DNA from: an uncultured bacterium
GTDB taxonomy: Bacteria; Bacillota; Clostridia; Lachnospirales; Lachnospiraceae
NCBI GenBank assembly: GCA_947088515.1
Contig: CAMUHA010000001.1
Span: 2,300 to 66,299, forward strand
Reading direction: 5' to 3'
Length of the DNA: 64,000 nt
Both the position numbers and the translations under genes were made by a program. The notes beneath the pieces were generated by a model, which was given only the letters and a program-made list of their open reading frames with translations, ran no database searches and was not told where the DNA came from. This document shows positions 1-8,216 of this stretch, one piece after another; the first letter of the stretch is position 1, and every line of letters begins with the position of its first letter.

Positions 1-20
1 AAGAAAGGCGAATTATAAAA

Positions 21-1208
21 ATGGAAAAAGAAAACATAATTGAATATAAATTAAAAGGAAATAATAAATTATTTTATGCGCCAGCCTACAACAGATTTTG
101 GATTAATAATCTTAATGCAAAGTTGAAAAAAGATTATTATGATGTGCTGCTGACGGATTTGAGAATCGAAATTACATATTTGTGTAATGGAAATTGCAAA
201 TATTGCATTGTATATGGCAATGAAATTGAAAAAATTGAATCTTTGAATATGAAAGAAGTTTGGAATGAGATTAAGAAGAAAAAATGGATGAAAGAAATTA
301 AAACTATTTTTTTAATTGGAGGGGAACCATTTCTTTTTTTTAATCAGATAGAATATTTATTAGAAAATTTTAACGGTGAAATAAGAATTTCAACAAATGG
401 CACCTTGATAACAAAAAAAATTGCAAAAAAGTTAGCAGGACATAATGTTTTAATTTATTTGTCTTTGGATGGCCCAGATTTTGATGAAAATATGATGAGA
501 ATATACAAAGACGGAAGATACATGTATAATGATACCATACAAGGATTGAATAATCTATTAGAACAAAATGTAAAATTTGGAATATTTACAGTTGCAACAA
601 AAGAAAACGTAAAAAATATCATCAATTTGATGATTAGATTGGTTCAGAGGTTTCACCCTTATCGAATAGGGTATAGTTTACCACATTGGATAAAAAATAA
701 TAGTTATGAAATTTCTGCTATTGAATACAGAGATGCATTAATTGAATTATTTAATCATAGAAATGAAATTGATACAGAAATAATGCAATTAAAGTGGAGA
801 ATAAAGCCTTTGATGGATGGAAAAATAAAAAGATTTTCATGCTCAATGCATACTTCGCAAATGACTATATTATCAGATAATACAATTGTTAGATGTTCCA
901 AAATAGACCATGATAAAATATATAAGATGTTGTCAAATGGATTTTTTGATTGTAATTGTCCTGTAAATCTAGCGAGGAATAAAGGGAATCCCTGTTCAGA
1001 ATGTATAGCGCTTTCATGTTGTGGTGGGGGTTGCCCTTATGATGGGCTAAAAAGATTTGGTAGTGTAATTGATAGACGGGAATGTGTTATAACCCCTGCG
1101 CTTATAAATCAAGCCGTACAGGAAATAATAGTAAAAATCAATGCAGATAATTACATTACTAATGATGGGCTTGCCCCACAAGATTTTATTAGAAGTATTT
1201 TAATGTAA
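21..1208 (+). CDS. Radical SAM protein with C-terminal SPASM domain
   Basis: CxxxCxxC motif (CNGNCKYC), GGEP, STNGT and SLDGP motifs; Cys-rich C-terminus (CS...RC...CSECIALSCCGGGCP...EC) typical of SPASM; AT-rich DNA. Confidence 0.9.
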   Translation: MEKENIIEYKLKGNNKLFYAPAYNRFWINNLNAKLKKDYYDVLLTDLRIEITYLCNGNCKYCIVYGNEIEKIESLNMKEVWNEIKKKKWMKEIKTIFLIGGEPFLFFNQIEYLLENFNGEIRISTNGTLITKKIAKKLAGHNVLIYLSLDGPDFDENMMRIYKDGRYMYNDTIQGLNNLLEQNVKFGIFTVATKENVKNIINLMIRLVQRFHPYRIGYSLPHWIKNNSYEISAIEYRDALIELFNHRNEIDTEIMQLKWRIKPLMDGKIKRFSCSMHTSQMTILSDNTIVRCSKIDHDKIYKMLSNGFFDCNCPVNLARNKGNPCSECIALSCCGGGCPYDGLKRFGSVIDRRECVITPALINQAVQEIIVKINADNYITNDGLAPQDFIRSILM

Positions 1209-1290
1209 AATTGAAATTGTATTATAGAAATAAAAATCTTTTTAAACAATTTGTGGGAGAAGATTTCCCGTTTGCTTCCTCCCGAACAAT

Positions 1291-1401
1291 CTAGTACTGC
1301 GTACTCATAATTTTTGTGCAAATCTCTGAGGATTTTTGATACGTGCTATTGAAAAAACAGACCAGAATATTTTCACAAAAAATTTGAGTACGTAGTACTA
1401 G
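1291..1401. mobile_element. MITE-like non-autonomous element (~110 bp) bounded by CTAG
   Basis: Imperfect ~33-bp terminal inverted repeats ctagtactgcgtactcataatttttgtgcaaat / attttcacaaaaaatttgagtacgtagtactag; no ORF inside. Confidence 0.7.
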
Positions 1402-2226
1402 AGCGTGTTTGAAAAATCAAGTTCTTTGTTCATTTTAACCAAATAAGTATGGAAGTAATGCAGATAAAGCCAAGATATGTATATGGGAGTTTATCATACC
1501 GTGTGGCAATCCTACGGTATGATTTCAAACAGAGAAATAATTTTCAACCAGATGCCTTTCCTGGACGGTATGTTTGGTTCGCCGTCATGCTCATAGATAT
1601 AATCAATAAGCTGGGAACTGTCGTATCCTCGGTCAGCAAGGACACTGCCCCCTTCTATATTTATGTGTCCCAGAACTGGGACTGCAAGATTTATATCATT
1701 ACGCTGGACCTCGCTGGTCATTATGTAAACTGGATATCCATAAGCGTCCACTGCAGCATGTATTTTTGTATTTGGCCCGCCGCGGCTATGGCTTATTTCA
1801 TTGAGAGGACCGTTTTTTCTAGCTCCTGCGCTGTGCTGGTGGGCCTGCACGATGGACGCATCCAGGGAAATCTCATTTAGTTCAGCATCCGTAATCAGTA
1901 TGCGAAAGATATTATCAAGGAAACCATCGTCAATCCATTTCGGGAAACGGCTGTAAACGGTTTTCCACGGGCCAAAACGTTCCGGCAAATCATGCCAGGA
2001 GGGCGCCGTTCCGTGCAATCCAAATCATAGCATTCAGCATAAGACGGTTATCTTTTAGCGGCCTTTCACGTTTGCAGGCATATTCAGTGGGAAAATAAGA
2101 AGCTATCTGTTTCCACTGCAGGTCTGTTAATTCATAACGTCTTAACATAAGCTCACTCCCTTTTTTTATTACAAAAAGGGAATAAAAACATATGTTTTGT
2201 GCAATTTTTATTTTTCAAACACGCTC
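1401..2226 (-). mobile_element. IS5-family insertion sequence
   Basis: Perfect terminal inverted repeats GAGCGTGTTTGAAAAAT (1401-1417 / 2210-2226) flanked by TA in a CTAG context; internal transposase remnant. Confidence 0.9.
1430..2148 (-). pseudogene. IS5-family transposase, frameshifted
   Basis: Starts MLRRYELTDLQWKQI; middle WHDLPERFGPWKTVYSRF...SLDASIVQAH...GHSRGG-like SHSRGG...LADRGYDS; ends RRIATRYDK...IWLK*; these parts lie in different frames. Confidence 0.85.
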
Positions 2227-2511
2227 TAGTATATATGTATTTAAATAACTGGACTCAACATACTGTCTGTAGTATAATGCCTATATAGCAAGGAGGAGGA
2301 TATTATACTATGGGAAAAAGACTGTCAGCATAAATTTTAGCCTGGAAGAGCGAAAATGCCTTGAAACATAGACCTATACCCGTACTACTTAGGCCCAAGC
2401 TTTTGTCTGTGTCCGTACATTACTGATGAAAGCTTACGGATATACGGTTAACGACATTGCTAAAGGGTAGTGATGAATCGTAAAAATTTGATGCTTTGTA
2501 TTAGTAAATAG
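2227..2511 (+). pseudogene. IS630-family element 5' remnant (degenerate transposase N-terminus)
   Basis: Begins TA-GTATATATG; TGGACT-17-TATAAT promoter (2250-2278), GGAGG RBS, ATG at 2310; broken reading resembles a winged-HTH transposase start (TVSINFSLEERKCLE...RTLLMKAYGYTVNDIA...MNRK..MLCI) with stops and frameshifts. Confidence 0.55.
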
Positions 2512-2724
2512 AGCTGTCTCGAAAGCTCTTTAAACATTTGGGAGAGTCAGGAATTCAATAAAAGGATGGTAGCCTTGTAGATGACATAGAAGGGGATAAA
2601 AGAAACTGACATCAAACAGTATAGGACTAGGTATTATAGTTGAAACCGCTCCCCCTGATTTTGAATAGAAGATGTATATTTTTTCTTTTGTATATGAATA
2701 GTTATCATTTCATTTTATGATGTA

Positions 2725-3147
2725 GGGAGCATTGGAAATTGTTTACAGCCATTTCCGTAAAAGAATTGAAGAGGGTACCCCTTGATAATATTTTCCATGT
2801 TTAAAGTATTGATGCAGAAGTGGAGGGCCTTTCTCTTGATAGTTCGAATGCTCAGGCACATATCAGTACAGTAGCGTTGCAAAAAAGGACCTAAACCAAA
2901 TTGGCCATAGCAGAGGTGGAGCCTGTGCTAAAATCTATGTAACAGTAGACTTCTATAGTTATCCAGTATAACTTATGATAGGTGAAGACCAGAGGAATGA
3001 TATCGCTTGTGTTTCTCCTGTTTTGGAAGAGATAAGGGTATATAAGGAAGACAGATACCTATCGACAAGGATGATGATAGCCAGATTCAGATTGACTACA
3101 GATAAAAGTGGGCGGGTAATTAACAATTTTATTCAGAAAGGGGGGTA
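2725..3147 (+). pseudogene. Second, heavily degenerate IS5-family transposase fragment
   Basis: Broken frames read VYSHFRK, LDNIF, IDAEVEGLSLDSS, IGHSRGGACAKIYVTVDFYSYPV and DQRNDI, colinear with the 1430-2148 transposase. Confidence 0.75.
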
Positions 3148-3240
3148 AACAAAGGTGCGTCTATCTGTTTTTTCTGTGTATTGATTCAATACTGATGAGA
3201 ACTATGTCAGGTCTATGCAGCAGTTATCGGGAGGGAGCTT

Positions 3241-3276
3241 GCAGATGCCGTTTGTAATGAAAGGGCATCTGTTTCT
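3241..3276 (+). terminator. Possible terminator-like hairpin upstream of the ileS paralogue
   Basis: cagatgcc...ggcatctg stem followed by tttc; short U tract. Confidence 0.3.
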
Positions 3277-3527
3277 CATATATATAGGGGAGAGCTTAAA
3301 AAGAACTCGTTGTAGTGTTATATTTAATATTCAAATTACGGAATTTATTCAAAAAAATAACGCATAACTATGTAAAATCGCTTATGAATAGTTAGTATGC
3401 AGCTTATATTTTTGAAGACTAGGTTGTATATAAGGATTTTTATAATAAAATTTAAAATAAGAAATGCTCAAGTACACATTTTATAAAGTTTTGTAACTTG
3501 AGTAAAGCGAAAGGAATGGATATATAA

Positions 3528-6500
3528 ATGAAGTTTCAAGAGTTGACATCAAAACCAGAAATCAGTGAAATTCAAGAGCAGATATTATTATATTGGAAAA
3601 ACGAAAAAATTTTTCAAAAATCAGTAGAAAGTAAATTGGGAGAGGAAATAGTGTTTTATGACGGGCCGCCGTTCCCAACAGGAAAACCTCATCACGGAAC
3701 AGTCTTAGTTTCATTTATTAAAGACATGATAGCAAGATATTGGACGATGAAAGGTCATCCTGTACCTCGTGTTTGGGGATGGGACTGTCATGGATTACCG
3801 ATTGAAAACCAAGTTGAATCTTTGTTGGGAATTGAGAATAAAAATGAAATAGAAAAGGAAATAGGAATTAATGTATTTAATGAGAAATGTTTCGAACTAG
3901 TTTCAAGCAATAATGAATCATGGAAAGAATATGTTGAACAAATGGCGCGTTGGGTGGACTATGATGGTGCATATAAAACAATGAACCCACAATTTATGGA
4001 AAGTGTTATGTGGGCATTTAAACAATGCTATGATAAGGGGCTGATTTATAGAGACTATAGGGTAACGCCATATTGTATGCACTGCGAGACATCCTTGTCT
4101 ATTTCCGATACTAGGGAATCTGATTCAACAAGACTAAGACAAGATAGGTGGGTTATTGTAAAATTTAAAGCTTTAGAGGTTATAAATAATACAAATGTTT
4201 ATTTCCTTGCATGGACTACAACTCCGTGGACATTGCCATCGAATTTGTGTCTTGCTGTAGGGGAAAAATTAATATACTCTTACGTTAATACAGAAAATGG
4301 CATATATGTTGCATGCAAAAATACCCTTTTAAATTATCCAAAGATATTTGGAGAAAATCCAGATGTTATCAGGGAATGTAAAGGTATTGATTTGATTGGA
4401 AAAGAATATGAACCTTTGTTTAAATATTTTGCAGATTTAAAAGAAGAAGGTGCATTCAAAATAGTATCGGCAGAGTATGTTGGGGCAGACGAAGGTGTTG
4501 GTATTGTGCATACTGCACCTGCGTTTGGAGAAGACGATTATTGGACATGTAAGAAGAATAACATTCCATTGGTAAATCCAGTTGATGAAAAAGGTCAATT
4601 TACTGATATTGTAGCCGATTTTTATGATGCAAACAGTGGGAAAAATGTCATTGAGATGAATCCAATTATAATTCGATATTTGTATGACAATAAATTAGCA
4701 GTTGCTGACGGGACTATCGAACATAATTACCCTCATTGTTGGAGATGTAAAAGGCCATTAATATATAAGGCAATGGATGCTTGGTATTTGAACATTGAAA
4801 AATTAAAAGAACGATTAATTGAGACAAATGAGAAGATAAATTGGGTTCCAGAAACTATTAAACATGGAAGGTTTGGAAAGTGGTTAGAAAATGCAAGAGA
4901 CTGGAATATCTCTCGAAATAGATATTGGAGTACCCCCATCCCAATATGGGAGTGTGAATGCTGTGGTGAGAGAAAGGTATTTGGCAGTATAAAAGAAATT
5001 TATGAAGCAAGTGGTATTAAGTTGGAAAATTTGCATAGGCAGTATATGGATAAAATTGTATTACAATGTGAAAAATGTGGTTCTGCTATGTATCGCGTTC
5101 CAGAAGTGTTGGATTGTTGGTTTGAAAGTGGTTCAGTACCTTTTGCGCAGAAACATTATCCCTTTGAAAATAAGGAATGGTTTGAATCTCATTATCCAAG
5201 TGATTTTATTGTTGAATATACTGGGCAGATTAGATGTTGGTTTTACTATTTACATGTGCTAGCAGTTGCTTTATTTGATAGACCCGCTTTTAAGAACTGT
5301 ATTGTACATGGAACTATACTGGCAAAAGATGGAAAAAAACTTTCGAAGTCATCAAAAAACTACACAGACCCCATGAAATTAATGAAAGAATTTGGGACAG
5401 ACTCATTTAGATTATATTTATATAAAACGAATGCGATGCTTACAGGTGATCTGTTGTTTAATGAAGAAGGCATATTGGAGGCATATCAGCAGATTATCTT
5501 GCCATATTGGAATGCTTGTAAGTTCTTTATTTCCTATGCCAATATTGATGGTTTTGAAAGGGGAAAGGCGGTTTCTCCTGTTCCAAAGAACCAATTGGAT
5601 AAATGGATACTTGCTCTGCTTTATAATGTAGAAAAGAGTATTTCAAAGAATATGGATTTGTATTATGTAAATAAATATGTAGACAGTTTGCTTCCTTTGG
5701 TGGAAGGATTGACTAATTGGTATATTAGGAGGTCCAGACGTAGATTTTGGGCCAAAGGAATGTCAGAAGACAAGCTATCAGCATATCAAACATTATATTA
5801 TGTTTTACTCAATTTGACCAAGATATTTGCCCCGGTTGCACCTATTATTTCCGAAAAAGTATTCCAGGTACTGACCAATGCTGAGTCTGTACATCTTGAA
5901 GAGTGGCCGACTATACCAGAGGAATATTGTGATGATGGATTACTTGAAAGAGTAGGATTAGTGCAAGATATTATTTCTCTTGCCAGGTCAATAAGAAATA
6001 AAAATGGAATAAAAAACAGACAGCCGTTAAATACGTTAAATGTTGCATTCTCATCAGAAGGAAAGGTGGAGTTGCTCCGTGAGTTCAAAGATATTATTGC
6101 GGAAGAGCTTAACGTAAAAAATGTAGTTTTACTTAAGAATGTTGATGAAATTGCAACAATAAAATGTAACCCCAATTTTAATGAAATCAGAAGATTATAT
6201 CCAGAGATGATAAAGGAATTAGTACAGGCAATTAAATTTGGTGAGTATAAAATAATGAAAGAAGGTGTTTTGATTAATATTGATGGTAAAGATAGGATTT
6301 GTGACTCAAAGATTCTTTTAATTTCTTATGTTGCTAAAGATGGATATCATTTTGCAAGCGATAGCAAAGTTGTTGTATCCTTAGATTTAAAAATTTCTGA
6401 CGAACTAAAAAGGGAAGGGCTGGCACGAGATATTATAAGAAACATTCAAGATGCAAGAAAAAGTCTGGACTGTGATATTACGGATTTTATAAAGGTATGT

Positions 6501-6644
6501 ATGCTGGGAAATGTACCGCAAGAATGGGTTGAATATATTTGTAAAGAGACGTTGAGCAAACTTGTCACGCTTGATGAATGTGCATATGAGTTTTGCTTGG
6601 AAAATGATGCAGGAGAAATAATAACTATTAAGATTGATAAATAG
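3528..6644 (+). CDS. ileS: Isoleucyl-tRNA synthetase, type 2 (eukaryote/archaea-like, mupirocin-resistant class), with atypical signature motifs
   Basis: FYDGPPF, GWDCHGLP, editing motifs WTTTPWTLP and GIVHTAPAFGEDD, DWNISRNRYW, VLDCWFESGS, KLSKS, type-2 C-terminus EGLARDIIRNIQDARK; HIGH position reads HHGT. Confidence 0.93.
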   Translation: MKFQELTSKPEISEIQEQILLYWKNEKIFQKSVESKLGEEIVFYDGPPFPTGKPHHGTVLVSFIKDMIARYWTMKGHPVPRVWGWDCHGLPIENQVESLLGIENKNEIEKEIGINVFNEKCFELVSSNNESWKEYVEQMARWVDYDGAYKTMNPQFMESVMWAFKQCYDKGLIYRDYRVTPYCMHCETSLSISDTRESDSTRLRQDRWVIVKFKALEVINNTNVYFLAWTTTPWTLPSNLCLAVGEKLIYSYVNTENGIYVACKNTLLNYPKIFGENPDVIRECKGIDLIGKEYEPLFKYFADLKEEGAFKIVSAEYVGADEGVGIVHTAPAFGEDDYWTCKKNNIPLVNPVDEKGQFTDIVADFYDANSGKNVIEMNPIIIRYLYDNKLAVADGTIEHNYPHCWRCKRPLIYKAMDAWYLNIEKLKERLIETNEKINWVPETIKHGRFGKWLENARDWNISRNRYWSTPIPIWECECCGERKVFGSIKEIYEASGIKLENLHRQYMDKIVLQCEKCGSAMYRVPEVLDCWFESGSVPFAQKHYPFENKEWFESHYPSDFIVEYTGQIRCWFYYLHVLAVALFDRPAFKNCIVHGTILAKDGKKLSKSSKNYTDPMKLMKEFGTDSFRLYLYKTNAMLTGDLLFNEEGILEAYQQIILPYWNACKFFISYANIDGFERGKAVSPVPKNQLDKWILALLYNVEKSISKNMDLYYVNKYVDSLLPLVEGLTNWYIRRSRRRFWAKGMSEDKLSAYQTLYYVLLNLTKIFAPVAPIISEKVFQVLTNAESVHLEEWPTIPEEYCDDGLLERVGLVQDIISLARSIRNKNGIKNRQPLNTLNVAFSSEGKVELLREFKDIIAEELNVKNVVLLKNVDEIATIKCNPNFNEIRRLYPEMIKELVQAIKFGEYKIMKEGVLINIDGKDRICDSKILLISYVAKDGYHFASDSKVVVSLDLKISDELKREGLARDIIRNIQDARKSLDCDITDFIKVCMLGNVPQEWVEYICKETLSKLVTLDECAYEFCLENDAGEIITIKIDK

Positions 6645-6742
6645 TTATCATGCCAAAAATATTTGAAGATATGAATCACAGTCTTTGGAAGGCAAATACA
6701 CAGTTAGTTATCAGACTCAGACTTCCTATATTGAAAATGGAA

Positions 6743-6789
6743 TGTATACCTTGTTGCGAGATTTATTTTCGCAGCAAGGTTGTATACAT
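6743..6789 (+). terminator. Intergenic stem-loop after the ileS paralogue
   Basis: ccttgttgcga...tcgcagcaagg stem, extendable by tgtata/tataca; no clear U tract. Confidence 0.35.
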
Positions 6790-6824
6790 GATAGGAAATC
6801 AGGCATAAAAGGAAATACTATAAA

Positions 6825-7487
6825 ATGTATATATTTTATAAGGAAAAAATTTGCTTAACATTATTAGGATGTTTGACAAAAGAAGTGAGAATAGCAATTA
6901 TTACCCCTATTGATTCGGCTTTTAGGAAATTAAAACTTTTTTTGCATGCTGAAGATGAGCGCATAAGCTGTTTTTTTAAAAATAGTTTTTTTTATACAAT
7001 TAATGGTACAAAGGGGATAATTGTACATATTCCGCAAGGGAGATGTTCTCAGGATGTTATGTACGTGTTTGAAGGGATACAAGTGGTCTTTTTTGGATAT
7101 GCTGGAAGTTTGAATAAAGAAGTAGATATTGGTGCAATATTAGAAGTTAAGATGGCGATTGAATCTTCAATAAATCAATTTATACTTAATTCAATAAGTG
7201 ATTTTAGACAAGTTAAGGTAGGGTATTCTCCATGCATGCTAGGGGACATAGCAGTTGAATATCGTAAGCTTGCGTCAATGCTGGGATGCGATATTGTAGA
7301 AATGGAAATTGTAGCATGCGCTAGAGCTGCAATTAAAACTAATAATATGTTTTCGGCGTTTGTTGTTGTTTCGGATATTCCTGAAGTTGAGGACTTTTGG
7401 AATTTAAATAATAAAGTAAGGAGTGTATTTAAGAAGGGAAAAGATAAATTGATTGATTATATTGTAGATTATATTAAGGAAAAATGA
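6825..7487 (+). CDS. Nucleoside phosphorylase/nucleosidase-fold protein (PNP_UDP_1-like)
   Basis: FGYAGSL (GxAGxL) motif, VEME motif and VVSD motif; 220 aa; divergent. Confidence 0.7.
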   Translation: MYIFYKEKICLTLLGCLTKEVRIAIITPIDSAFRKLKLFLHAEDERISCFFKNSFFYTINGTKGIIVHIPQGRCSQDVMYVFEGIQVVFFGYAGSLNKEVDIGAILEVKMAIESSINQFILNSISDFRQVKVGYSPCMLGDIAVEYRKLASMLGCDIVEMEIVACARAAIKTNNMFSAFVVVSDIPEVEDFWNLNNKVRSVFKKGKDKLIDYIVDYIKEK

Positions 7488-7548
7488 ATTTTTTTATTTT
7501 ATTATTGAATCATAGCTATGGTTACGTAAACGGTAGATTATTGCAGAT

Positions 7549-7962
7549 AACTTGAGCCAAAGCTCATTCCGAAATGTCAGAGGGACATCGCTGGTATTGA
7601 AGAAAAAGAGTTCTCCCTTTATGCAAGGGGCATGAGTACAAGGGATATTCATGGTCAGATACAGGAGCTTTACGGGATGGAACTGTCCGCAGAGATGGCC
7701 AGTAAGGTCACAGACAGGATAATTCCGGAAGTCAAAGAGTGGCGGTTGCGGCCATTGAACCCCATTTATCCATTTCATTCATGGACTGTATCCGTTATAA
7801 AGTCAGGGAAGACGGACGAATACTGAGCCGTGCCGCCTACATTGTACTGTGCATTACTGCGGGCGGTATAAAGATATCCTGCGCATTACCGTAGGCGCCA
7901 ACGAGACCGGCAAGTTCTGGCTGAGAATGTTAAATGACCTGAAAAATTGCGGCGTGCAGATG
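7549..7962 (+). pseudogene. IS256-family transposase internal fragment
   Basis: EPKLIPK..RDI.GIEE, YARGMSTRDIHGQIQELYGMELSAEM.SKVTDRIIPEVKEW, KDIL.ITVGANET.KFWL.MLNDLKN.GV, with frameshifts. Confidence 0.85.
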
Positions 7963-7969
7963 TTGGAAA

Positions 7970-7990
7970 TGATTTTTCAAACACGCTCTA
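7970..7990 (-). mobile_element. Orphan IS5 terminal inverted repeat
   Basis: tgatttttcaaacacgctcta is the exact reverse complement of 1399-1419. Confidence 0.85.
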
Positions 7991-7994
7991 ACCT

Positions 7995-8080
7995 CCATCC
8001 TGCCGCAAAGTTTTTGATGGTTCTCTCATACTGGAAGAGAACCATCCTTGAAGAACCGCTGTTCTTATCCGCAAGTGGTG
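7995..8080 (-). pseudogene. Possible small IS66-type transposase fragment
   Basis: Minus-strand reading SGSSRMVLFQYERT resembles my recollection of clostridial IS66 TnpC; very short. Confidence 0.25.
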
Positions 8081-8216
8081 GGATCTAATACTCCTGGCGC
8101 CATTCTTTTCGTGGTAAGGCAAAGATTTCCATAGCCGTTGTTGTCATCTGCGCAAGTTATTTTGCGACTATTCCTAAACCGCTTACTAAGTAACAAAAAT
8201 GAATATTCAAAACTAT

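Noticed and set aside
1449..1880. 143-aa plus-strand ORF
   Set aside because: Antisense shadow of the IS5 transposase; no RBS or recognisable motifs
3150..3527. T-box riboswitch expected before ileS
   Set aside because: No T-box consensus, specifier stem or terminator/antiterminator pair visible
7494..7778. 94-aa minus-strand ORF
   Set aside because: Antisense shadow of the IS256 fragment
8016..8046. Perfect 11-bp hairpin as terminator for telA
   Set aside because: No U tract follows it on the minus strand; it lies about 170 bp past the stop within IS-like debris
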